Notes under the pieces: model-generated
The model's input: only the letters and a program-made list of their open reading frames with translations
What the model was told of the DNA's origin: nothing
Database searches by the model: none
Program-made: the position numbers and the translations under genes
Assembly: GCA_044230345.1 (NCBI GenBank)
Contig: JBGARF010000002.1
Location: 193,291 to 257,290 of the forward strand
DNA length: 64,000 nucleotides
Direction: 5' to 3'
Origin: Limisphaerales bacterium
GTDB taxonomy: Bacteria > Verrucomicrobiota > Verrucomicrobiia > Limisphaerales > JADJPG01
In this document: positions 18,972 through 28,030 of the stretch, one piece after another
Position numbering within the stretch: the stretch's first letter is position 1
Layout of the letters: each line of letters begins with the position of its first letter

Positions 18972-21269
18972 TTAAAAGTTAGGCAACCAGATCGCCCGGA
19001 AGAAGCGATGCCCCTGCTCCGTCGTCGCGATGGGCAGCACTAAGCTGGCCTCCACCAGAGTATTGGTGGCGACCGGCGACCAGTTCAAAAGGTCCGTCGA
19101 ACCTTCGAGCCGATATCGCTGACCAGCGCTCCCGGACAGGCGAAGCGCCCCCGGCTGGATCTCCAAGCGCGAGCGGGCGTCCGGCAACACCAGGAGCGTG
19201 ATGGACTGGGCCGGGAGCGACAGCCTGAGCCGACCGTTCGTCACCGCCTCATCGGCCAGCCGGGTGATCTGGTTGGCGGAAGTGAGCTGCCAGACCTGGG
19301 CGGCTGCTCCCGTGAAGTTGGTCAGGGCCAGTGTGACATTCGTCGGATTGGACAGTGCCTTCTGGACGAGCATCACGGTCAAGGCAGCATCCGTTGAACG
19401 CTGCGCGGCGAAGACCGCCAGTGCGTCGGGATTAATCGGATTGCTCACGCCGACAGCGACATCACCAAAGGTCGAGCGCGCGCCATCGTAATTCCGATAC
19501 ATCTGGATCGCCTTGAACGCCGGTGAACCCATGGCCGGGGTGGTCCAGCGCTCAGCCAGATCAAGGCCTTCGCGTCCGAGGATGCCCAGGATGTCAGCTT
19601 GCGCCGTGGCGCCATTGATGTGGCCCTCCGCGCCCCAGTTATATTCGGTGAGTCCCGTGAGAGTGCCGGGATAGTTGGCTGTCACCCACTGTTTGAGACG
19701 GGGAATCAGGCGGACGTTCCTCGTCAGCGTGTTATCGGCCAACCAATTCTCCTCGATGTAGGCGGGATCCCACAATGATCGCGTCGAGCGGTTGCGCCGT
19801 TGTTGCATGGCCACGCTCACGTCGTCGCTGAACTCGCCCCCCTGCGGATAGTAGTGAACCGTGCAGACATCGAGGAGACGCCGGCCCGCGCTGGCGGAAG
19901 CCTTCGCCATTTCCCGAAGGAGGTAGGGATAAACATCCGAGTTCCCATGCGCGACGCGATCCGGATAGTTGCCGCGAAAGCCATTGGTTCCGTCATACTG
20001 GGCGTCAGCGCCGCTGAAGATCGTGCCGAAGAAATGCCATTCCTCGGGACCGAGCACCAGGGCATCCGCGTCAGTCGCTTTGATGCGCGTCGCGTATGCG
20101 ATCATCTTGTCGCGGATCTCGTCCATCGTCGCGCCCGCGGGGTGGACATCGCGATGGGAGGAATGCCAGATGCCCGGTTCGTTATCGAGATGGTAGTAAC
20201 GGAGCCCGCCGTTCGTGGCGCGCCCCCAGCGTTGCGTGAGGTGATCGAGCCAGCCCTGCTGAAACGAGGGACCGGCCGCGACATTCGCGTCTGCCGGATT
20301 GTTGGTGACAATGAGCGATCCATTCAGGCGGACGCCATTGCCGCAATCAGGCCGGAACGGCTCGGTGGCCTGCTGCGGCCCGTACTTGGCCAGCGAATAA
20401 CTCCAAAGCCACTGCCGGTTCGGCCCCAGCCGCGCGACCCAATCGAGCATCGGAATGGTCAAGCTTGGTTCGGCGCCACCGTTGCGCGATTCCTGAATAA
20501 ACTGGTCGCCGTGCTCTCCGGGTGTCGCGCTGTCGTAGGGAATGCTGAGGAAGTAGTAGTCGTTGGCGCGATTGTCAGCGTTGGCCTGCCAGTTGTAGCG
20601 CGATGTGTTGTTGCCGCCTTGCCGGTTGAGCGGTGCGTTCAGTTGCCGCAGCGCATTCGACGACGCAAAGGCCACGCCGTAAATGCGCGGATCGATCGGA
20701 CGCCGACCGGACGCCGGATCCACTCGGATCGTGACGGCCATGTTGGTAGCCGGCGGCGCGTTGGTGACGGCGACGAGCGCAAGGTCATCCACAAAGAAGT
20801 CAGGCTGGGCCGTCCCGGTCCGGTCCTGGAGATAAAAGCCATTGAAGTTCGTTTGGTTGACTAGCCCCAGCGCAGCAAACGACACGGTAAACTCCCGCCA
20901 GGCGTTCGCACTCAACGGCGGCAAATTCGTGGCGGCCAACGGGACGCCGTTCGTCAACCCCTGCAACTGCAATTGCTGTCCGCCGGTCGCGCCGCCGTGC
21001 AACCAAAAGGTGATCGCGCGAAATTCCGACGCACTCTGTGCCGGGTGGTGAAGATACAGCGCTTCCCACGCCTCGGCGGTGACCCGGATCGATCGAGGTC
21101 CGCCATGAACGGGCGACGCGTTGTTCCGGTCGGTCGCCGCCCAGCTCCAATCCTCCCAGCCGTTTTGCAGCGCGTCCGCGAAGATGGACTGATCGGCCTT
21201 CGCCTCGGCGCCCGCGAGGAACGCCGTGGCCAACAACGCGCCGAACGGAACATTGAACAGAGTTCTCAT
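18972..21269 (-). CDS. secreted glycoside hydrolase, GH44-like
   Basis: Signal peptide MRTLFNVPFGALLATAFLAGAEA. NRQGGNNTSRYNWQ and YYHLDNEPGIW resemble GH44 signature regions as I remember them. N-terminal CBM-like ~170 aa. C-terminal module ends HRFFRAIWLPNF. The family assignment needs an HMM check. Confidence 0.8.
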   Translation of the reverse strand: MRTLFNVPFGALLATAFLAGAEAKADQSIFADALQNGWEDWSWAATDRNNASPVHGGPRSIRVTAEAWEALYLHHPAQSASEFRAITFWLHGGATGGQQLQLQGLTNGVPLAATNLPPLSANAWREFTVSFAALGLVNQTNFNGFYLQDRTGTAQPDFFVDDLALVAVTNAPPATNMAVTIRVDPASGRRPIDPRIYGVAFASSNALRQLNAPLNRQGGNNTSRYNWQANADNRANDYYFLSIPYDSATPGEHGDQFIQESRNGGAEPSLTIPMLDWVARLGPNRQWLWSYSLAKYGPQQATEPFRPDCGNGVRLNGSLIVTNNPADANVAAGPSFQQGWLDHLTQRWGRATNGGLRYYHLDNEPGIWHSSHRDVHPAGATMDEIRDKMIAYATRIKATDADALVLGPEEWHFFGTIFSGADAQYDGTNGFRGNYPDRVAHGNSDVYPYLLREMAKASASAGRRLLDVCTVHYYPQGGEFSDDVSVAMQQRRNRSTRSLWDPAYIEENWLADNTLTRNVRLIPRLKQWVTANYPGTLTGLTEYNWGAEGHINGATAQADILGILGREGLDLAERWTTPAMGSPAFKAIQMYRNYDGARSTFGDVAVGVSNPINPDALAVFAAQRSTDAALTVMLVQKALSNPTNVTLALTNFTGAAAQVWQLTSANQITRLADEAVTNGRLRLSLPAQSITLLVLPDARSRLEIQPGALRLSGSAGQRYRLEGSTDLLNWSPVATNTLVEASLVLPIATTEQGHRFFRAIWLPNF

Positions 21270-21463
21270 AGTGATTCCTTCACAACCCTACAGGCTTCTA
21301 CCGCGGTCAGACAGTCGGATCATGCCCCGCCATGCGAGGCGGGTGCAGCTTAAAGTTTTTTGCAGCGGGCGGACTCGACCCGGCGCGTCCGAACCATTGC
21401 CCAAAGCCCTTCGAAGATCAGCTCCTGCCAATGCTAAACCTCGAAGGGCGGAAGTGCTTTCGG

Positions 21464-21526
21464 ACCCGCCCTCACCCCATCCCTCTCCCCCGGGGAGCCG
21501 GGGGAGCCGGGGAGAGGGGGAACCTC
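21464..21526. repeat. GGGGAGAGG-hairpin repeat, inverted partner copy (with internal ggggagccg duplication)
   Basis: acccgccctcaccccatccctctcccccggggagccgggggagccggggagagggggaacc. It has the same orientation as the copy at 18692-18740. Confidence 0.7.
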
Positions 21527-21655
21527 CGCAGCCGCGTGGAGAGGTGAGTGGCGTTTGCAACGGCGATACGCTCTTGCGAGCAGGTGAGGGCTCGTGGTGA
21601 GAAACGACGAGCACCCGAACCGAGACGTGGCTCGCCGTCACAAACCGGCAGCGAC

Positions 21656-21753
21656 CGTTCCTCCCTCTCCCTGGGGGAGAGGGTTGGGGTGAGGGCGAAT
21701 CGCAAGCGCATTTTTGCCTCCAGCCGTCGCAGCGGAATTTCCGGAAGGCATTG
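21656..21753. repeat. ~100-nt repeat module just downstream of the M4-domain giant gene stop
   Basis: cgttcctccctctccctgggggagagggttggggtgagggcgaatcgcaagcgcatttttgc...cggaatttccggaaggcattg. It is the homologue of 18871-18971. Confidence 0.85.
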
Positions 21754-21773
21754 CTTCCCGGGCGACCCGCCAT

Positions 21774-24700
21774 TCAGGGCCGCACGAGCCGCACGCGATA
21801 AAAGCCCTGGCCACCCGCCGACTCCGTATCGCTCAAGGCCAGAACACCACCCTGCGCGGTGAGCACGGGACCGACCGGACTCCACTGCCCCGATTGGGCA
21901 TCGAGGGCCCGCTCCAGTTGGAAGCTTTGGCCCGTCGGACCGATGAACTCCACACGCACTTCTTCAAATCCGTGAGTGATCCGAACAATCCGGAACAGAC
22001 TCTCCGCGTCCGTCGGGTCGGTGCCCGCCTCGAATTCCGCCTGATTGCTGGCGCCATCTCCATCGGAATCCACCAGCGCATCCGCGGCCGAGCCACGATT
22101 CAGGCCGTATCGATTCTCCCATCCATCCGGCAGGCCATCGCCGTCCGCATCCTCCGTGGTGCTGCCCGGATCTCCGCCCACGCTCCACGTCGCGGCCAGC
22201 GTCGCCGGTGCGCCCATTTCGCCGGGTTGGAAGGCGAGCATGGAGCCCAATTCCGTCTGACCGAGCTGCACGGCGGCCGGATTATAGTCTCCCACGACGG
22301 CGAACAGTCGGGCGGGCTGGCCCGCGACTGGCTTGGTCCACAGTTCCACGCGCCAGCCGCCGACCGCCGCCGCGGCGAAACCTCCGCCGCCACCGCCACC
22401 GCGCGAAGCGATGGCCTTCGCGGCCTGCTGCAGAGTATTGCCCGCGGCCGGTTGGAGGTAGAGTGTCTGATTCACGATTTGCACCTGATCGAACACAATG
22501 ACGCGCGTGGGATCCGGATTGATTCGGTCTCTAAATCGAGCCTGGAATTCGTTGCAGCCGCCAAACATGCAGGCCATCCACCAGTCCTTCGAGATGAGTG
22601 GACAATCGCGCAGCTCGCGGCATTGCAGCGGATTAGTGCCAAAGGTGATTGGGCACGGATCGAACTCATCCGGCGTGCCGTCGTTGTCGTCGTCGAGGTC
22701 TTCGCAGTCCAACAGCCCGTCGCCGTCGTGATTGGCGCCTTCGCTCCCGTAGACATCGCCCGTGCGTGGGTTGCAGGTAATGGAGTAGAAGCTGCCCACG
22801 CGGACGGAGGCGCTGTTGGGATGCTGATCCACCGTGTTCCGGCAGCCGTCGCCATCGATGTCGTCGTCGCAGACGTCGCCCTGTTTGTCGCCATCTTGAT
22901 CCTCCTGGCCGGGGTTGAACGCTCTCGGACAATTGTCACAGGCATCACCGCGGCCGTCGCCGTCCAGGTCCAGCTGATTGATGTTCGCCTTGTTTCGGCA
23001 GTTGTCGATCAAGTCGGGCCAGAAATCACGGTCGATGTCGCTGGGCCGATCCTCGATGCCATTGCAATCGGCGTCGCCCCAGCCGACCTCCACCGCCGCC
23101 CAGGCATTGCGGACGGTGCACACGTCATTTTGGTTAAAGCCCAACGTGCCATTTTTCGCCCAGGCAATGGCCGTGCCCACCTCGAAGGCCCGCGCCGCCT
23201 CGAAGCCCGCCGAATCCGGCAGATTCCGCAAGGCCTCCCACTTCAACATCCGCACCTTGTCTTGACTCATCGGCAACACCCGCACGCCATTGGTCATCCC
23301 GCCGGCAATCATGAAATAGCCGGCGCGGTTGGCGATACCGCTGAAGCGGTGAACACCCCCGTCGTCATCGTCCTCCGAAACGCGCTCGTACTTGGAGAGT
23401 CGATCCACCGCCAGGTTCTGGAAGTCGCGCACCGCTCCGCCCATGCCGACGCGATTCTCGCCCAGCAACCAATTGCCGTCGCCGGCCTCGCGATCGGCGA
23501 TGATCGCCATCATGTCGGCATAACTTTCGTTGAGCGCGCCGGACTGGTGCTTGTAGATCAGCTCGCTGGTTTCATTGATGATGCCGTGCGTGAACTCGTG
23601 CACAATGATTTCAAAATCCACCCAGCCGTCCCTAATCTGCATCTGCTCGCAGAAGCGGCTCCACGCCGCGTTCGGCACGTCAGCGCGGAGAAAAATTTCG
23701 ACCTGCGCAAAATCATTGTCGTAAGAGTGCCAGTCAAATCGCCGGTGAAAGAAGGCGTAGCAGTTCTGGGCGTGAAGATAGGCGAGAATGGCCTGAACGT
23801 TGTTGGCGTATTCCGAATACAACCCGTTTTCGTTGGCGACGTCCTCGTCGTTGCTCAAGTTGAAACACCAGTCGTCCGCCGAGTTCGCCTCGTTCTCCGC
23901 ATCCTGCATGTCCAGATCGAACCCGTGCAGGTCCGAACCGTTTTCATGAGACAACGGCAGCCGGGAAACGACCGCGCCGGTCTGGGCGTCGACGAACAGC
24001 TCGTCATGGGCGCCCTGCAGCAGAACCCGCCAGACCAGATGCGGGATGGACGGTCCCTGCGCCAGCACGGACTCATCGTAGATCTGCAGATGAGTCGGCT
24101 GAAGCACGTTGGCACCCGCCAAACCCAAAACCTGGCGCGCGGCATCTTCCGCTTGCGCCGCAGCGAGCGTCGGCGCCGGATTGAAGTTCCCGGCGTCCAA
24201 CGGGGCCGTCGGCAGCAGCGACCCGGTGAAGGCGAGAACTTCGCCCCCCACCAGACTGACCACGACGCTGCCTCCAAACACCGGCACACCCCGGTAATGC
24301 TGACGAAAGGCGACGTGCTCCGGCCCGGAAGCCGACACCCGACGCACGCTCAGATCCCCATCCGGATTGGTTTGGAGCAGGAGATCTTGGTAGGTCCGTA
24401 GAAAGTGCCGCGCTCGCTCGACCGCATCCGCACCCGGCACCGGCACGCTGACGTTCATGGCCACGGGAAAGCCATTGCGAAACGCGACGTAAGGCGGCTG
24501 CGTGCAGGCGGCTTCGAGCGCACGCAGGGACGTCAGCTGCGGATCCGTTTCCAACGGATTGGGCAGATAGGTCAGCGCGGACGCGAGCGTGGCGCTGCCA
24601 CGCGCATCTTCCACGGTCAACGACCGCGCGCCGAACAGCTCGCCTGGGGGCAGTGGTGGCACTTCACCCGTGAGGCTCAAGCCGTCCGGAGACACCACCA

Positions 24701-27530
24701 CGTTGCGCAGCTGATTCGCCACGCCATCTCCCGCGGGAAAACCCACCCGAACCCGCGTGTCGCTCCGCAACTGAGTCCCGCGCACGAGCACACGCGCGCC
24801 GCCACGTGCGTAGACTTCATTCGGTTCCACCGAAATCACGGATGCCTTCTCGACGGCCTGGATCGATTCTGCCCACGCCGCCACGATTTCACCGCAGCGG
24901 CGGACCTGCACGGTGTGGCTCCCTTCGGTCAACGCTGGAGCCTGCCCCTGGATTCCGCCGTCGTTCACCAGCACCGGATAGAGCAGCGGCAGTCCGTCGA
25001 TGAGCACCTCATCGTCCGGGGTGAACCCAGTCCCGAGGACCGTCAGCTGCGCGCCACCAACGAGACCGAGCAGGGCCGGAGAGACGCGCACCAGGGTCGG
25101 GGCTGCAAACTCAGGACCGCCGCTCACGGTCACAATGAAACTGCACTGGGAAAGGTTGCTGGCCGCATCCATGGCCTGGCAAATCACCGCTGTTTGACCG
25201 CGGGGGAACAGGCTGCCCGAAGCCGGCGTGCACTGCACAGTGGGGGATGAATCGCAGCCATCGACCACGCTGACCACATAGTCGACCTGGGCGCCACAGG
25301 GACGGCTGGCCTCGACGGCGACATCGGCTGGACACTGAATGAGGGGCGGCAGCGCATCGGGCACGAGGGGCGTTTGCACGGAACTGACCCGTCCTTGCTC
25401 ATCCGTGGCCGAAACAATCAGGGTATTGACCCCGGACTCCAGCGTGAGCTCGAGGTTGAAGGGCGGATTGATGCCGCAGTCGTCGCACACCGTAACGGGC
25501 GCCGCTCCGTTCAGCTCATACGAGACCCGGCGAACCGCATTGGTGCAGCTTCGCACTGAACCGGTGACCATGATGGGCCCTGGCTGAGCGCACGGCAGGG
25601 AGTTCAGTTCCACGCGCAGGCATTCCTCAATCGAGATGCGTTGGCCACAGCCCACGACGAGATCGATGGGGTTGCCACTGACCGTGGCGCTGGTGGCATC
25701 CGCGGGCGTTATGTAGGGCGTGAGGCGATAGGTGCCTTGCGGCAACTGCATGACCACCTGTCCGTTGGTGGCCGCGCTGGCGGGCGAATTCGGCGTTCCG
25801 AAAACCGGGTCCACATAGACCGAATAACTCGCGGCGGCGCCCCGAAAATCGACGTTCGTGAAGCCGCCCGAACTGAAGCGAATGTTCGGGTTATAAAACG
25901 GTTCGGTCGATCGGAAGACGATGCGCACCTCGCTCAGGCAATAGGCCACGTCACTGGTGGTTGTTTCAGACGGAACAATCTCGGTTTTGGCCGGCGCGGT
26001 GTCCGTGACCGAAAAGCCATAGTAATAGTAGTCCTCGTCCGCGACGTCGCCGCTGTAGCCGAGCACCGACAGCACGTTCCGGCTCCAGAGCGTTCGTTCG
26101 CCATTCAGCCCGCCCAGCGGCATTTCGTAGGTTCCTTCGTAGGCGCTGGTCTCGGGGTTGAAGGCACCCTTGAACCCCGTGTAACCATAGCCATAGCTCG
26201 CCGTATAACTCGCCCCCGCCGCCGCTTCGTCCACCCCCATCGCCCCGACGGTAGAATAATAAATCCCGTAGACGCCCAGCGCATCGGGAATGCCGTCGTC
26301 ATCCGAGTCATTGTCCGAGGCGAAGCTCAATCCGCGCAGCAGCGACGGCCGGCCGGCGGTTTCGGCCGGACCTTGCAGAACCACCCGGCCACGCAAGTAG
26401 CCTGGATCGATGACGAAAAGACTATCCAGATCAAGATTGTCGCCGGGCTCAACGCGGAGCGCCGGATTCGCCCCCGCGCCCAACGCTGGAGTGCGGAAAT
26501 AGGCGAGCCGCTCATGGCTGCGGACATACATTTCCGCGCTGACCAGATAGCCCGGCGAGGCCGGATCAAGGGTGGAAGGAACCAGGTTCGGCAGGGTGAA
26601 CCTGCCGCTCGCCGCCTCGGTGAAGTTCACCCCGGGAACGGTGCCGTAGCGTTTGTTGCCGAAGGGTCCGTACATCGCGGTCACGCCGGTCAGATCGTTG
26701 TAGTCGCCCGCATCATAGCCATCCACCGTCAACTCGAACTCGCCCAGCATGTCCACGAGGCCAGACGCCTCGGCCAGCACACCGGCGGCCGGCACCACAA
26801 TGTCAACCACACCAAAGCCGTCGCAGGCCACGTTGGCGGTGGTGGTCGCGGTGTAGAGAATGCGATCGGTGAACGTGCTTTCCCCGCGCTGAACGGTCAC
26901 GATCACCTGCAGCTCCACGTCGCCCGGCACGTAAACGTTCTGTTCCGTCACCCCAGTCCCGAGGGTGTGAACGCGTGCCACCTCGCGGGCCGGCGCGACT
27001 TCGTTGGCCACTATCGTTCCGCCATCGACGGGCAGCGGCGTTCCCGCCGAGTCCACAAATCGCACCGTCAAGACACCCAGGCACTCGTTGAAGTCCAACC
27101 GTGGTCCCGGTAATGCGGCCACCACCGGATCGGAAATGACGCTGCGAAAGTAGTAAGTCTGGTTCTGGCCCTGCATCGAAACGCGCGGGAAGACTTCGTA
27201 GGCGATACCAAATACGTCGGAGTCCACCGCGAGCGCATAAGTCGTTTCGGTCCGAGAAGCAGTCGGCAGAAAATCGCTCGCCGCGGATCGATTGGCCGGC
27301 GGCAGGCTCGCCGCGTAAAGGTAAAGGTTGCTCATGCCCTGGTTCGACGGCGGGTTGAGCAGGTCGAGGACAGCCGGGTTCAGATTACTGAAGCGCACCG
27401 TACCCTCGATAACGTTGGGGACAAGGTCCACCTGCGCAGTGGCGGTTGAATTGAGTCCAACGCCGGCCAACGCCAGCAGGATAGCCAAAAGCCCAGGGAA
27501 ACGACGGGTTTTCATAACTTTAAAGTTCAT
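21774..27530 (-). CDS. giant secreted multidomain protein with M4 (thermolysin-type) metallopeptidase domain, HYR-like and IPT/Ig-like modules and thrombospondin-type-3-like Ca-binding repeats
   Basis: Zinc site VHEFTHGIINETSELIYKHQSGALNESYADMMA (HExxH plus downstream NExxxD). HYR-like CPADVAVEASRPCGAQVDYVVSVVDGCD..CSFIVTV. Asp-rich DLDGDGRGDACDNCP..QEDQDGDKQGDVCDDDIDGDG. Signal-like MKTRRFPGLLAILLALAG. In-frame ATGs at 27530 and 27515. Ends GFYRVRLVRP. Confidence 0.9.
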   Translation of the reverse strand: MNFKVMKTRRFPGLLAILLALAGVGLNSTATAQVDLVPNVIEGTVRFSNLNPAVLDLLNPPSNQGMSNLYLYAASLPPANRSAASDFLPTASRTETTYALAVDSDVFGIAYEVFPRVSMQGQNQTYYFRSVISDPVVAALPGPRLDFNECLGVLTVRFVDSAGTPLPVDGGTIVANEVAPAREVARVHTLGTGVTEQNVYVPGDVELQVIVTVQRGESTFTDRILYTATTTANVACDGFGVVDIVVPAAGVLAEASGLVDMLGEFELTVDGYDAGDYNDLTGVTAMYGPFGNKRYGTVPGVNFTEAASGRFTLPNLVPSTLDPASPGYLVSAEMYVRSHERLAYFRTPALGAGANPALRVEPGDNLDLDSLFVIDPGYLRGRVVLQGPAETAGRPSLLRGLSFASDNDSDDDGIPDALGVYGIYYSTVGAMGVDEAAAGASYTASYGYGYTGFKGAFNPETSAYEGTYEMPLGGLNGERTLWSRNVLSVLGYSGDVADEDYYYYGFSVTDTAPAKTEIVPSETTTSDVAYCLSEVRIVFRSTEPFYNPNIRFSSGGFTNVDFRGAAASYSVYVDPVFGTPNSPASAATNGQVVMQLPQGTYRLTPYITPADATSATVSGNPIDLVVGCGQRISIEECLRVELNSLPCAQPGPIMVTGSVRSCTNAVRRVSYELNGAAPVTVCDDCGINPPFNLELTLESGVNTLIVSATDEQGRVSSVQTPLVPDALPPLIQCPADVAVEASRPCGAQVDYVVSVVDGCDSSPTVQCTPASGSLFPRGQTAVICQAMDAASNLSQCSFIVTVSGGPEFAAPTLVRVSPALLGLVGGAQLTVLGTGFTPDDEVLIDGLPLLYPVLVNDGGIQGQAPALTEGSHTVQVRRCGEIVAAWAESIQAVEKASVISVEPNEVYARGGARVLVRGTQLRSDTRVRVGFPAGDGVANQLRNVVVSPDGLSLTGEVPPLPPGELFGARSLTVEDARGSATLASALTYLPNPLETDPQLTSLRALEAACTQPPYVAFRNGFPVAMNVSVPVPGADAVERARHFLRTYQDLLLQTNPDGDLSVRRVSASGPEHVAFRQHYRGVPVFGGSVVVSLVGGEVLAFTGSLLPTAPLDAGNFNPAPTLAAAQAEDAARQVLGLAGANVLQPTHLQIYDESVLAQGPSIPHLVWRVLLQGAHDELFVDAQTGAVVSRLPLSHENGSDLHGFDLDMQDAENEANSADDWCFNLSNDEDVANENGLYSEYANNVQAILAYLHAQNCYAFFHRRFDWHSYDNDFAQVEIFLRADVPNAAWSRFCEQMQIRDGWVDFEIIVHEFTHGIINETSELIYKHQSGALNESYADMMAIIADREAGDGNWLLGENRVGMGGAVRDFQNLAVDRLSKYERVSEDDDDGGVHRFSGIANRAGYFMIAGGMTNGVRVLPMSQDKVRMLKWEALRNLPDSAGFEAARAFEVGTAIAWAKNGTLGFNQNDVCTVRNAWAAVEVGWGDADCNGIEDRPSDIDRDFWPDLIDNCRNKANINQLDLDGDGRGDACDNCPRAFNPGQEDQDGDKQGDVCDDDIDGDGCRNTVDQHPNSASVRVGSFYSITCNPRTGDVYGSEGANHDGDGLLDCEDLDDDNDGTPDEFDPCPITFGTNPLQCRELRDCPLISKDWWMACMFGGCNEFQARFRDRINPDPTRVIVFDQVQIVNQTLYLQPAAGNTLQQAAKAIASRGGGGGGGFAAAAVGGWRVELWTKPVAGQPARLFAVVGDYNPAAVQLGQTELGSMLAFQPGEMGAPATLAATWSVGGDPGSTTEDADGDGLPDGWENRYGLNRGSAADALVDSDGDGASNQAEFEAGTDPTDAESLFRIVRITHGFEEVRVEFIGPTGQSFQLERALDAQSGQWSPVGPVLTAQGGVLALSDTESAGGQGFYRVRLVRP

Positions 27531-27541
27531 TCCACCCGTTC

Positions 27542-27570
27542 CTTGTAAGCTCTGCCCGAAAGGTTACAGG
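27542..27570 (-). promoter_or_regulatory. conserved 29-nt bipartite motif CCTGTAACCTT-N12-TACAAG, 11 nt upstream of the M4-giant start codon
   Basis: The plus strand reads CTTGTAAGCTCTGCCCGAAAGGTTACAGG. The same end blocks with identical spacing occur at 33200-33228 upstream of the metzincin giant. Function unknown. Confidence 0.4.
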
Positions 27571-27717
27571 GTTTCTGGGCAGACTGTTTCGACGCTTCAA
27601 TCCGCGCGCCGTGATTGCTCACGGGGCGACCAAGAAGGACCTCGCACAAGTGCTTGCGACCCGCCCCCATCTTTCTGTCCTAAGTCTTTCTCTATTCCCT
27701 GGGTGGGAACCCGCCTC

Positions 27718-27919
27718 AGGTTCATTGTCTCGTGAGCAGATTAAAAAAGGTAGGACGCGCTCTCCGCAGCGCGCCGGCCGTGCGGTCAACTTCACCGTTC
27801 TCCGAGTAGGACCGCGAAGACAGTTTACAACACGCGTTTGGCGGGGGGCGGCGGAGCGCCCGCCCTACCTGACGTGTCCGGTATTCGTGAAACAGGGAAA
27901 CGCACCTCCGAATGATTCG
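27718..27919. repeat. two degenerate GGTTCATG-element copies flanking a 19-nt inverted repeat
   Basis: aggttcattgtctcgtgagcagattaaaaaagg (27718-27750) matches the 5' half of the 35.2-35.9 kb element. ccggtattcgtgaaacagggaaacgcacctccgaatgattcg (27878-27919) is a weaker copy. ggtaggacgcgctctccgc (27749-27767) is complementary to gcggagcgcccgccctacc (27851-27869) at 16 of 19 positions. Confidence 0.6.
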
Positions 27920-28030
27920 CCCATCCAAGCCGGGCCAGCCTGGGAAAGCGAACCGGGCCGATGGCGACTGTTTCACCACCGGCCCGGCATGGTTTGGGAA
28001 GCACGATCTCCCCTGCCCTCGTCGGAACTT

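Noticed and set aside
21714-24401. 895-aa plus-strand ORF antisense to the M4-domain giant. Also the similar antisense ORFs 24405..25250 and 25641..27113.
   Set aside because: Arg/Ala/Gly/Val-rich low-complexity translation with no motif. The opposite strand carries a continuous 1918-aa frame with HExxH, HYR-like and Asp-rich repeat signatures. This is a typical high-GC antisense artefact.
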